A stretch of DNA of 64,000 bases from Nemertoderma westbladi (taxonomy: Eukaryota; Animalia; Xenacoelomorpha). A program made the position numbers and the translations under genes. How positions within the stretch are numbered: position 1 is the stretch's first letter; the number at the start of each line of letters is the position of its first letter. The stretch is from the NCBI GenBank assembly GCA_032718475.1, contig JAUCBJ010007300.1, positions 132,766 through 196,765 of the forward strand. Reading direction: 5' to 3'. Below are positions 42,001 through 54,000 of the stretch, in pieces. Under the pieces are notes generated by a model. It was given only the letters and a program-made list of their open reading frames with translations. It was not told the origin of the DNA and ran no database searches.

Positions 42001-45000
42001 ACTGACCAACCTTACCGACTAACATGAACAACCAACTTTACCAACCAACTTTACCAATAAACTTTACCAACCAACTTTACAGACCAACTTGAGAGTCAAA
42101 CTTTACCGACAAAGGTTTATTTTAACTTCGTACGTGATAAATAAAATATGATTTAATTATTTACAACTTCTTATATTTTGTAGGAATTCCACGTAAACCG
42201 TGGAATATGGATCAGCTGCAACAAGAAGTCGCCGATATGACGTTGGCAATGGTGACGTCGGTTTTTACATCTATATTTTTAATGCAGCCATTAAAGGTAC
42301 GCATCTAGCTACCTCCTACGTATAACTTTATGCACTATATACACCACGTCCTGGAATATATTGTCGTTATTCAGGTACCTGGACCACCCCCCCCCCAAAT
42401 TTTTCTACGAATCTTAATGAGATAGCATGGAATTTGAAACAGAGATAGTTTCACCTCCCTCCTCCTTGCTGGGTGAGCTAGAATTTTTATTTTTGCCTTC
42501 ATTCTTTAGGTACATGCGTTTGAAAAAGGTGTCTCCGTCGTTATTGCGCCAGTTACACCGCAGTTATTCTTCAACCTTATAGCGATTTGTTGATATTGAC
42601 GGAAAGCTGGCCATGTAAGGATTCCAAATATGTATCACAATCTGAATTTCGTCGTAAAACAGCAGAGATATGGGCATTCTAAAGTTGCATGGTTTTACAC
42701 CTTTGCAAGGTTATTTTATTCTATTAAAAAAATACACCATATTCTCGAACATGTTGTTTATCCCATACGTAGGTGGGCAACAATGCAATAACTCTGTAAT
42801 CGTACTATTGCGTATCATATATAAACAAAGTGTTCTAGAATATGGATTATTATTTAAATATAATAAAATAGCCTTGCGCAGATGCTAAATCATACAACAT
42901 TTGAACGCTCATATCTTAGCTATATCGACCTTATTCAGATTATGATACATATTTGGAATCCGTGCATGGCCAGCTTTCCGTCAATATCAACTATCGCTAT
43001 AAGGTTGAAGAATAACTGCGGTGTAACTGGCGCATTACCGACGGAGACACCTTTTTCAAACGCTTGTAGCTAAAGAATGAAATCGAAAATAAAAATTCTG
43101 GCTCACCCAGCAAGGAGGAGGGAGGTGAAACTATCTCTGTTTCAAATTTCATGCTATCTCATTACGAAAAATTTGGGGGGGGGGGGTCCAGGTACCTCAA
43201 TAACGACACTATATTCCAGGACATGGTGAACATTTGTCATGAATAATACGTAAATAATAAGCCTAATACTACAGTTGTAGTTAATATTACTTGTCTCTAT
43301 GTTTCTCTACTGTGAGTACAGCCTCTGTAAAAATATATTTTTTAGGTAGTCTTTGTTGCGATAATAATGGCTGTTTTCTGTAAACCAAAAGTCAATGAAA
43401 TGGACTACGAAGTGGAGGAACGCATTGAACTAGATGAGGATGATGGTTACCTTCATGATCCAGGTTATAGTTGACACTAAAATAACTTAGTAGTCCGGCA
43501 GATATGCCGTTTTATAACTGAACCTTGCATGGGAGTATATATTAAATGTTTTGGGTGATTTTTGTAGGAAATTGTATTGTGACCAATAATCCGATGATGG
43601 ATGCTGAGTTTGCATTATTGATAGTTTTGTGTAATTTGCAATTTAGAAAATTGTCCACAGCAACAACGGTTAAGACAATACATACAATTCATACCCCTGG
43701 CTCTGATGGATCAAATTTCGTAAATATTTATTACTGCAAAAAATTTTCCTACTGCAGTATAAATTGTGTGTTACTACAGTAAAAATGTACTTCAGTAACG
43801 AATATTTATTACTGAGGTAAATAAAAAAATTTTCAACTGCAAAATATCAACTGCGGTATATTTATCTACCTCTCGGTCTGTCAAAATCTAAGACAGACAT
43901 ACAGACAACCGACAGACGGCCAAACTACATTCCACCAAATATTAAAACAGACACCGGAAATAAAATCAGTGACCCCTAAAACCCCCATAAATATAATTTT
44001 AGCTTGGTGGTGTGCTTCCTTCATGTCAGACACTATTAACCAACCAGAACCCATAAAAGGTCGTTTTCGCGGGAAGGATAGAAAATACTACTACTCCGCC
44101 ATTTCTTAACCATTATCCCCATTTTTTGAATGAAAAATTACAAAAAACAAGGGTTTTTTCAGTTTTTAAAAAGTTCAGTTTTTACAAAATAGCCAATTAT
44201 CACAAATAGAAAACAAAAATACAAAAAGTGGGTGAAAAATATGATGAAAATGAACAAGCTGGTTCCAAAAAATGTTGTATCGGAAAATAAGGGAGTAGCC
44301 TTTTTAGTGAAATTTTTAAAACAGGGGGCGTCAAAAAATTTATTTTTCAATTTTTTTATTTACTTTTTATGATTCTCTTTTCGATGGTATTTTGTTTTCT
44401 ATGCATTTTTCGACCACATTGGAGACATGTACATAATAAGAAAAAAAACGTAGAGGAGCGGGGGGGGGGGGGGGGGGGTGGGGTTGCTACCACCAATAGG
44501 AGACCCCTGCCAGAATTACGATGCTCGGAGTCCAGAAAATTACGCTCTCTATATGTATATGTATCTCTTGAAGCAACAGTGTAGATGATGTTCTAGAATT
44601 TCTTCACCACCACAACATTATGGCCTCCATCGCGCTACCACGAGGGCAATCGGGCGATTCACTCAATATCAGGCTATCTGTCGATCCAAAAGACTCGGAC
44701 AAACTAAAACAAACCGGATTCTGGCCTAATGGCATTTCGTGTCGCAACTGTGAATTTCATCCAAGATACATCGAGCAGAATCATTGGCATAGAATGGAAT
44801 GGTATTCCCACGCACCGCACAATACGACAACTTCAGCAGAATGGGACGGGATTCTAACACAAAACATGTCAACTGGGATAGAACTGAACGGGATTCCCAT
44901 GCACAACATGACAACAGACATATAATGGAACGGGATTCTCACGAACACCCTGCGCATTCCACCGATCGCTGGACGTGCGGTAACATGTATCATGTTTAAC

Positions 45001-48000
45001 ATAACTGATAACGAGGAAGGCAGTGAGATCAGTGAGATAAGATGTGGGACATTCAACACTAATGGATTCTCCAGCAACACAAATTACATCATTAAACAGC
45101 TTGGTGAGTGCGATTTCCTGGGATTGCAGGAGCACTGGTTAGGTGACCTCGAATGTAAGACCAACCTCCTAAGATTCGATAGCAGATTCGAGTGCGTATA
45201 TGCAGTCAACAGTCGTATGGAAAATCCAAATCGTAAATGTGGCGTGGGTGGCGTAGCTCTCCTCTTCAGGAAGAATCTCATGAGGACCTGGTCGCAAGTG
45301 AATGGTGGCGATGATATAATCGGAGTTATAGCTAACCTGCATCATAGTGAGCAGCCAGTTATGGTGTTGTCGTGTTACACCCCGTACCAATCGAAGGACT
45401 TAGAGTTGTACAATAGCTTCATCTGGCGCCTCCGCCCATTATTAATGCATCAAGCAATCGAGCATATCCTCAACATGAACCCCGAGCCATTCTGCGATCT
45501 CCTAGCATCAGTGATAAACATCTCGCTTGAGTTAAAGCATGTCCCGACAATCTTTGGCTAATCGGTCGTCTCCACTATCTACATAGGGAAGCAGTGGGAC
45601 ATCTTTAACACCGGATCATACAGACTAATAGCATCTATCAGTATTTGGGCGAAGGTGTTTGAACGCATCATCCCTCACCAACTTTCTTTGTTAATATTAA
45701 ACTTCATGACAACCAAACTGCTTATCGGAATAGGATTGGGTGCGACAATGCGATCTCAACTGTTCTAGAATGTTTGAAGAACAAATTAACGAGAAACTCG
45801 CTGCTCTAAGTTTGCCAGTTGGACATCGAGTCAGCATTCAATGTGGTTGATTATGATGTTCTTGGGAAAAAGATGCTAGAGTATGTCAACCCGCACATCA
45901 TAGAAACTGTGCTCAACTACCTTACCATCAGCACGGTGTTCCTCAACTTTGATGAATTTATTGACGAGGAAGGTATCTCTGTATCCCAGGGAGTCAAACA
46001 GGGGTCCTTATTATCTCCGATGCTGTTCAAGCTGTACACCCATAGCATGCTAGATGACATGGAGAAATCCAACATTGGCTCTTTCATTGAATCTACCTGG
46101 CTGGGGTCCATAACCTACGCGGATGACATCCTGCTCATGCCTAACAACCCAAAAGACATGGAAATGTTGTTCTCAACATTCTGTGAACAAAATCAACTGG
46201 ACCATTTTCTCGAGACAGAGCAATTATCACCTACCGACATTTCTCCATATCGGCGATCACCTCATTACCCGTTGCAAATCGTGGACTTTCTTGGGTTACA
46301 ATCTGGCTCAGGTGCAAAAAAAACCCCTGGGCACCACATCCCAGAAGATAGTCACCCTCATGCGGACGTTTCAGGCGAAGGGCTGGACGTCCCTGTGGCT
46401 GCCGGTGTCAACCATTGCCAACCTGTGGCGCACTATCACCCTACCAGTGGTGCTCTACTTACTAAAGCTGAACATCGGCGCCCTTAATCAACGTGATCTG
46501 GATAAGCTCAATGTGGTGTACAGGATCGCCATCAGGAGTCTGCTCTATGTTGGGTCGTACATTGGGAACTTCACACTTTACCACCTAACCCAGCTGAAAC
46601 CTATCACGCTGGAGGCTTTCCGGCTATCAGTGGGTACTCTCATGCGGTTCAATGAGTGCCCAAACAAAGCCCTCCAGAGTGCCTTTGCTTCCCTAGCAAT
46701 TGGCAGCCTGTCTGGAAAACGGGGAGAGGCTCCTACCCAGGGGTCCTCTGCGGGTACAGAGCCACCTCCACCATGGACCCACTACCACGGCGCGATTCAG
46801 TGTTAATGTACTGCTATGCTAAGAATTCTATCATGGACAGGTTGGCCTTCGGATCTCCAACTGCTGTAGACGTAGCCAACGCGGCGTTCATTTCGGCTTG
46901 CTTCGATCTACAAACGTTATCATTGACTGACAAAAGGAACCGAATCAAAGATTATTTCTGCATCATCTAATTTTCAAGAACAATAATTGAGCTTTTCTGT
47001 CTTTTTTTTTCTTCTCAATAATTGAGTGCCCTATTTTATATATGATCACAGATAGCCTCAGTGGATAGTTCTTTTTATGTATTTTACAGCGGGGCCACAG
47101 AGGGTCAGAGTAAAACGCGGATCCGGATCCAGATTCTATCATTGTCCCTATGGAAGTCGACTGAATTTACATTTTTTGGGTGTAATCTGCGGATCCGCGC
47201 AATGCTAAATTTACCGAATCCGGAACCGAGTGTAAAATGCGGATTGGCTTTTTTTTCAGATCCGGAACATAGTGTAAAGTGCGGATTCATGTTTTAGGCT
47301 AAATCCTGAACGGAGTTTAAAACGCAGATTCATATTTCTACTGAATCCGGGATTGGGTGTAAAATACGGATTCAGGTTTATTACAAAGTTTTATTGGATC
47401 CAGGAAGGGGTGTAAAATGCGGATTCAAGTTAATTACCATGTTTTAATGGATCCGGGAAGGGATGTAAAACACGGATTCTAGTTAATTACAAAGTTTTAT
47501 TGGATCCGAGAAGGGGTGTAAAACACGGATTTACGTTAATTACCAAGTTTTATTGGATCCGGAATGGAGTGTAAAACACGGATTTACGTTAATTAACAAG
47601 TTTTATTGGATCCAGAATGGAGTGTAAAACACGGATTTACGTTAATTACCAAGTTTTATTGGATCCGGTTAATTCTAAGTTTTATTGGATCCGGAATGGA
47701 GTGTAAAACACGGATTTACGTTAATTACTAAGTTTTATTGGATCCGGAATGGAGTGTAAAACACGGATTTACGTTAATTACCAAGTTTTATTGGATCCGG
47801 AATGGAGTGTAAAACACGGATTTACGTTAATTACCAAGTTTTATTGGATCCGGAATGGAGTGTAAAACACGGATTTATGTTAATTACCAAGTTTTATTGG
47901 ATCCGGAACGGAGTGTAAAACACCAATTTACGTTAATTACCAAGTTTTATTGGATCCGGAATGGAGTGGAAAACACGGATTTTCGTTAATTACCAAGTTT

Positions 48001-51000
48001 TGTGGATCCGGAATGGAGTGTAAAACACGGATTTTCGTTAATTACCAAGTTTTGTTGGATCCGCAATGGAGTGTAAAACACGGATTACGTTAATTACCAA
48101 GTTTGATTGGATCCGGAATGGAGTGTAAAACACGGATTTACGTTAATTACCAAGTTTTATTGGATCCGGAATCGAGTGTAAAACACGGATTTACATTAAT
48201 TACCAAGTTTTATTGGATCCGGAACGGAGTGTAAAGCACGGATTTACGTTAATTACCAAGTTTTATTGGATCCGGTTAATTCTAAGTTTTATTGGATCCG
48301 GAATGGAGTGTAAAACACGGATTTACGTTAATTACTAAGTTTTATTGGATCCGGAATGGAGTGTAAAACACGGATTTACGTTAATTACCAAGTTTTATTG
48401 GATCCGGAATGGAGTGTAAAACACGGATTTTCGTTAATTACCAAGTTTTGTTGATCCGGAATGGAGTGTAAAACACGGATTTTCGATAATTACCAAGTTT
48501 TGTTGGATCCGGAATGGAGTGTAAAACACGGATTTACGTTAATTACCAAGTTTTATTGGATCCGGAATGGAGTGTAAAACACGGATTTACGTTAATTACC
48601 AAGTTTTATTGGATCCGGAATGGAGTGTAAAACACGGATTTACGTTAATTACCAAGTTTTATTGGATCCGGAATGGAGTGTAAATCACGGATTTACGTTA
48701 ATTACCAAGTTTTATTGGATCCGGAACGGAGTTTAAAACACGGATTTACGTTAATTACCAAGTTTTATTGGATCCGGAATGGAGTGTAAAACACGGATTT
48801 TCGTTAATTACCAAGTTTTGTTGGATCCGGAATGGAGTTTAAAACACGGATTTACGTTAATTATCAAGTTTTATTGGATCTGGAATGGAGTATAAAACAC
48901 GGATTTACATTAATTACAAATTTTTATTGGATCCGGAATGGAGTGTAAGACACGGATTTACGTTAATTACCAAGTTTTATTGGATCCGGAACGGAGTGTA
49001 AAACACGGATTTACATTAATTACCAAGTTTTATTGGATCCGGGAAGGGGTGTAAAACACGGATTTACGTTAATTACCAATTTTTATTGGATCCGGAATGG
49101 AGTGTAAAACACGGATTTACGTTAATTACCAAGTTTTATTGGATCCGGAATGGAGTGTAAAACACGGATTTACGTTAATTACCAATTTTTATTGGATCCG
49201 GAATGGAGTGTAAAACACGGATTTACGTTAATTACCAAGTTTTATTGGATCCGGAACGGAGTGTAAAGCACGGATTTACGTTAATTCCCAAGTTTTATTG
49301 GATCCGGGAAGGGGTGTAAAACGCGGATTCAAATTAGTTTCCATCCGGAAAAGGGTGTAATACACGGATTCAAGTTAATTAGTAAGTTTTAATGAACAAT
49401 TTGTAAAACGCATATGCAATAAAGACCCAGACCCTCATCTAGTTACAATTATTAATTAGTACAATGTTTATTGTTCTTTAGTAACTTTTCTTGGCTTGCG
49501 GACTTTCCTGGTGTTTTTCTTCTCCGGGCTCGGGGTGCACGATGTTTGTGTAGTGAGTTCAAGCGGCTCAACAATGGCTGTATCATTGGTTGGACTCGGA
49601 ATAACGAATCCCGTAAATGGAACCTTTACAAAGTCATCAATGTCATCCATGTGTAATATGAAATTAAATAAGAAATAAGAAATTATACTGAACAGTTCAG
49701 CCTCCATAAGTTAGGAAGGCAGCAAGGTTTAAATAGAGTACGCTATGATGCAGTACAAACTACCGCCAGCTAGGCAGAACAGTGATTATTGTTTGTAAGG
49801 GAGGTTGGGATGGATAAGCCAATCAGGGAACAGGACAGTAATCCTACCATATAAGGTAATACTAATATAAGGTTGTGCTGTCTCTAGTATAAGGGGTACG
49901 GAAGCCCATAGCGGCACACATTACAATTGTCTACAGAGCCGCTCTACCAGAGAGGTCACATTCCCACGGTAGTAGTTTTTCAGCTAATCAATATCTAATA
50001 ATGTCTGACGGCCAAGCATCACCACCGCCCTTATTAATAATTCATTGGGAAGCATTGACCCCTATTAAGGTGTCCCCCAGAGCCGGATTAAGCTTATGTG
50101 TGGCCCCTAGACATAGACAAATTATTAAGGTGTCTATTAACTATTAAGGTGCACCCCATTAATGTTTGTGTCCCTCATTAATGAGTGTCCCTCATTAATA
50201 GTTGTGTCCCTCATCAACATACTCAGTAATTAACGTAAATCCGCATTTTACACCCCTTCCCGGATCCAGTAACACTTTGTAATTAACCTGAATCAATCCG
50301 CGTTTTACACCCCTTCCCGGATCCATTAAAACTTGGTAATTAACGTAAATCCCTGTTTTACACTCCATTCCGGATCCAACAAAACTTGGTAATTAACGAA
50401 AATCCGTGTTTTACACTCCATTCCGGATCTGACAAAACTTGGTAATTAACGAAAATCCGTGTTTTACACTCCATTCCGGACCAAATAAAACTTGGTAATT
50501 AACGTAAATCCGTGTTTTACACTCCATTCCGGATCCAACAAAACTTGGTAATTAACGAAAATCCGTGTTTTACACTCCATTCCGGATCCAACAAAACTTG
50601 GTAATTAACGAAAATCCGTGTTTTACACTACATTCCGGATCCAACAAAACTTGGTAATTAACGAAAATCCGTGTTTTACACTACATTCCGGATCCAACAA
50701 AACTTGGCAATTAACGAAAATCCGGGTTTTACACTCCATTCCGGATCCAATAAAACTTGGTAATTAACGTAAATCTGTGTTTTACACTCCATTCCGGATC
50801 CAATAAAACTTGGTAATTAACGAAAATCCGTGTTTTACACTCCATTCCGGATCCAACAAAACTTGGTAATTAACGTAAATCTGTGTTTTACACTCCATTC
50901 CGGATCCAATAAAACTTGGTAATTAACATAAATCCGTATTTTACACTCCATTCCGGATTCACAAAATATATGAATCCGCGTTTTACACTGCAATACGGAT

Positions 51001-54000
51001 TGCGTATTTCAGAATCCGCATATTACACTCAGTTACGGATTGTATGTAAATCCAGATCCGCCTTTTACACTCGCAAATCCGGGTCCTGATCCGTATCCGG
51101 ATTTAGCTCTACTGTGTTTTTTGCAGAGCCCATTTCACTTGTAATAAGTATTTTTCACAATTCACTGTTGATTTCATTACTGCTCACCGGCATTCCAATG
51201 CCGAATTGGAGTGCCTATCGATTTATGAATAATACAATATTTTAACCTTTCTTTCACAACAATAGCATGCCCTTAATTCGTCTTTTTACAATGTGATTTA
51301 ACTGTTAATGTTTGCTGTAAATTTTATTGATCGTATTGCCGGTTAGTCCGAATTAAACAGTATTATTATTACATATGCGTTGTCTTTGACTACTCTAACC
51401 CGAACACTACAAACATAATCAGAGGCTATATTAACAGATTAGGGGTTTCGATTGCAGCGATAACCTTGGCTTCTCCCGATAAATTATCCAAGCTGTAAAA
51501 CCTATTAATTCCCGTAGGGAAGTCAATTTATTTGTTCTACTTAAAACTAACAGACACATCTACAAATACCACAAGTGCACAAGTACAGAAATAATTGAAA
51601 ATCCTATTCGAAAACATCAGAAAATCGTGCTCTCCTTAGAATTTGGAAACATACTATCCAATCCGATTGAGTATGCGTTGCCACTTCTCGATATTGTCAA
51701 CCGATATATTCGAGGAATCCATTAACACAGACCTTATCTACGAGCTAATTAATTACAGAGGATGACATTGGAGGTGAACAACTCACATCATCAATGCTGC
51801 CTCAGAGCGACATAAACTGGAGACTTCAAAAACTTGCGGTAAACCTTAGTACGATGTATAATGTCAGGAGTCCAAGCTAGTTACTACTACTTAATGCCTG
51901 ATTGTGAAACTTCCGAGTTTAGTAATGCAAGTTACTATGGTCTTCCAGACAGAAACATAAAAATCTGATTAAACAAAAGAATCTAGCTCATGAAGAACAT
52001 ATCAGTTTAAATAAAGCGTATAGCGGGAATAAAACCATGGACACTGTTTTAAGAGTTGAAAGCCCCTGCTGTCGCTCCAATCGAATCTACCGGCATGGAT
52101 GGCCATTTCTGAGAACTACTCGGGCAATCGAATGATCCACATAACTTGGCCCCATTTACAACCACGGCCTTGCCGCCTAAGCCACAGACTTGATTGGTTT
52201 AATGCTCCGATAACGGAAGAAGTAGTAGAAGATGCCGTCCAAAACTCCTACAACAAGAAAGCTAGTGGCTCGAACCGCGACATCAAACAATTTCCTGCGA
52301 CTGTCATTACTTTAATAACTATGTTATACAACGTTTGTTTTACTTTAATATTGGATTACATTCTGTATACGTGTATTATCAGCATTATCAATATATTGTA
52401 TAAATGGAAAGGAATAAGTACAGACCCGAGTAACTACAGTGGGCATAAATCTGAATCTTCTTGAAACTTCCTGTAACGTTAATATAAGGTATAATTGATT
52501 TAATATTATGTGCTGTTAAATGATGTGTATAACCTCAACACTACTACCGTAATTAATTAACTCCATGATTAATTATATTATATTTACATATTGTTTGCAC
52601 TTCTACAGTAGGTATGTTTGACCCTTTCTAAGTGTAAACATATTGCACATCATGAGATATATACCAGATACATTTTTGTCATGCAATATAATTATATCTA
52701 TCTAGAGTCAGGTCAGGTACCCAGATCCTGCTACCACTATGGCAGTAAAGTGGTACTACCTGTAGCTGTCAGCCCAGTAGGGCAGGCCCGATAAGCATAG
52801 CCTATTCATTATTTAGTTGATCAAGAGTGGGTTGGTTCACACCCGTCAACTAAACTATGACAAGTCATTGAGGGCTATAGCGCCTAGGGCACCATTGAAG
52901 GCAAAGGCTTGATATGCATCTGCATTAGAGATGATACAAGCCCCGCCCTGTCTATACTGGATGCTCCTCTACCAGTGTTAGGTAACCTAACCCAGGAGGC
53001 ACACTTGGTTCAGGGTGTAACAAATGGACCCCTGCAGTCGGCAGCAGGGCTGTAGGCCATGGATGGGCGGAAGGTAATCAACCAACGGCTAGACATGCTG
53101 ACAAGGTCGGCGGAAGGTAATCAACCAACGGCGACCTACTGCGAAGACGCTTGTAGGAGTTGCGACCACAAGCGGTTTACTCCCGCAACTGAAAGATATG
53201 AGTATGAGAACCCTCCAGGAGAAATACCGGCTCGGTCGTCGCCCGGGTCAACAAGGACCGCGTCCCTCAGTGGTACACCAGGCTGAGGTCGATAAATTGG
53301 CTACTGGAACAGAAGACAGAGAAGAAAGAAGAACCAACCTGTTGAAATGTAAAAAGACACTAAAGATTGCTACAATGAATGCACGCACGCTGAAAGCACA
53401 GAGCAAACAGGGTGACATGGTGGCTCTGGCAATGGAATATAACATCAACATCATCTGCATCCAAGAACATCGGATTTGTCATGAAGACACTGCCATGAAG
53501 TACAATGACATTGGAAATGGATGGACGTTAGTAACAAGCTCAACAGTAAGAAACTCGGCCAATGCATCAATTGGTGGAGTAGGAATTCTGCTAAGCCCAT
53601 TTGCACTTAAGACCCTAAACAACATCGAATCTATAAATTCCAGGGTTATGATCGCAACATTTGATGGGAATCCCAAGACAACAGTTATATGTTGCTACAG
53701 TCCAACCAATGCATCAGAGCCAGAACAAGCAGTCAAGTTTTATGAAGAACTGACTGGACTTATTAAGGACATCCCGAAACACAATGTTAAAGTCATTGCT
53801 GGTGACCTGAATGCGCAAATTGGCCCAGAAGATATCAAGGGTTACACCTATAACACCAGTTCTAACAGAAATGGGTACTTACTTTTAGACCTAATGGAAG
53901 AATGTGAATTGATACCAACAAACAACACATTCGAAAAGAGTAAGGGGAAGCTATGGACCTTTCAATACCCTAATGGAACCAAAGCACAACTGGATTACAT

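Larger units (their letters stand above)
47096..51116. mobile_element. Foldback-type element with CACAG..CTGTG ends and inverted 53-bp satellite arms
   Basis: cacag..agagtaaaacgcggatccggatc / gatccgtatccggatttagctctactgtg; left end could instead be 47047; TSD not resolved. Confidence 0.65.
44600..51371 (+). mobile_element. Degenerate two-ORF LINE (L2/Crack-like): ORF1 end, EN, RT; 3'UTR apparently split by the foldback element
   Basis: FWPNGISCR (ORF1 end), TFNTNG..LQEHW..GGVALL (EN), QGVKQGSLLSP..YADD (RT); tail-like aattaaacagtattattatt near 51351-51371; 5' boundary approximate. Confidence 0.75.

Noticed and set aside
47340-51070. CRISPR-like array
   Set aside because: Units are head-to-tail with no unique spacers, there are no cas genes, and the context is eukaryotic.
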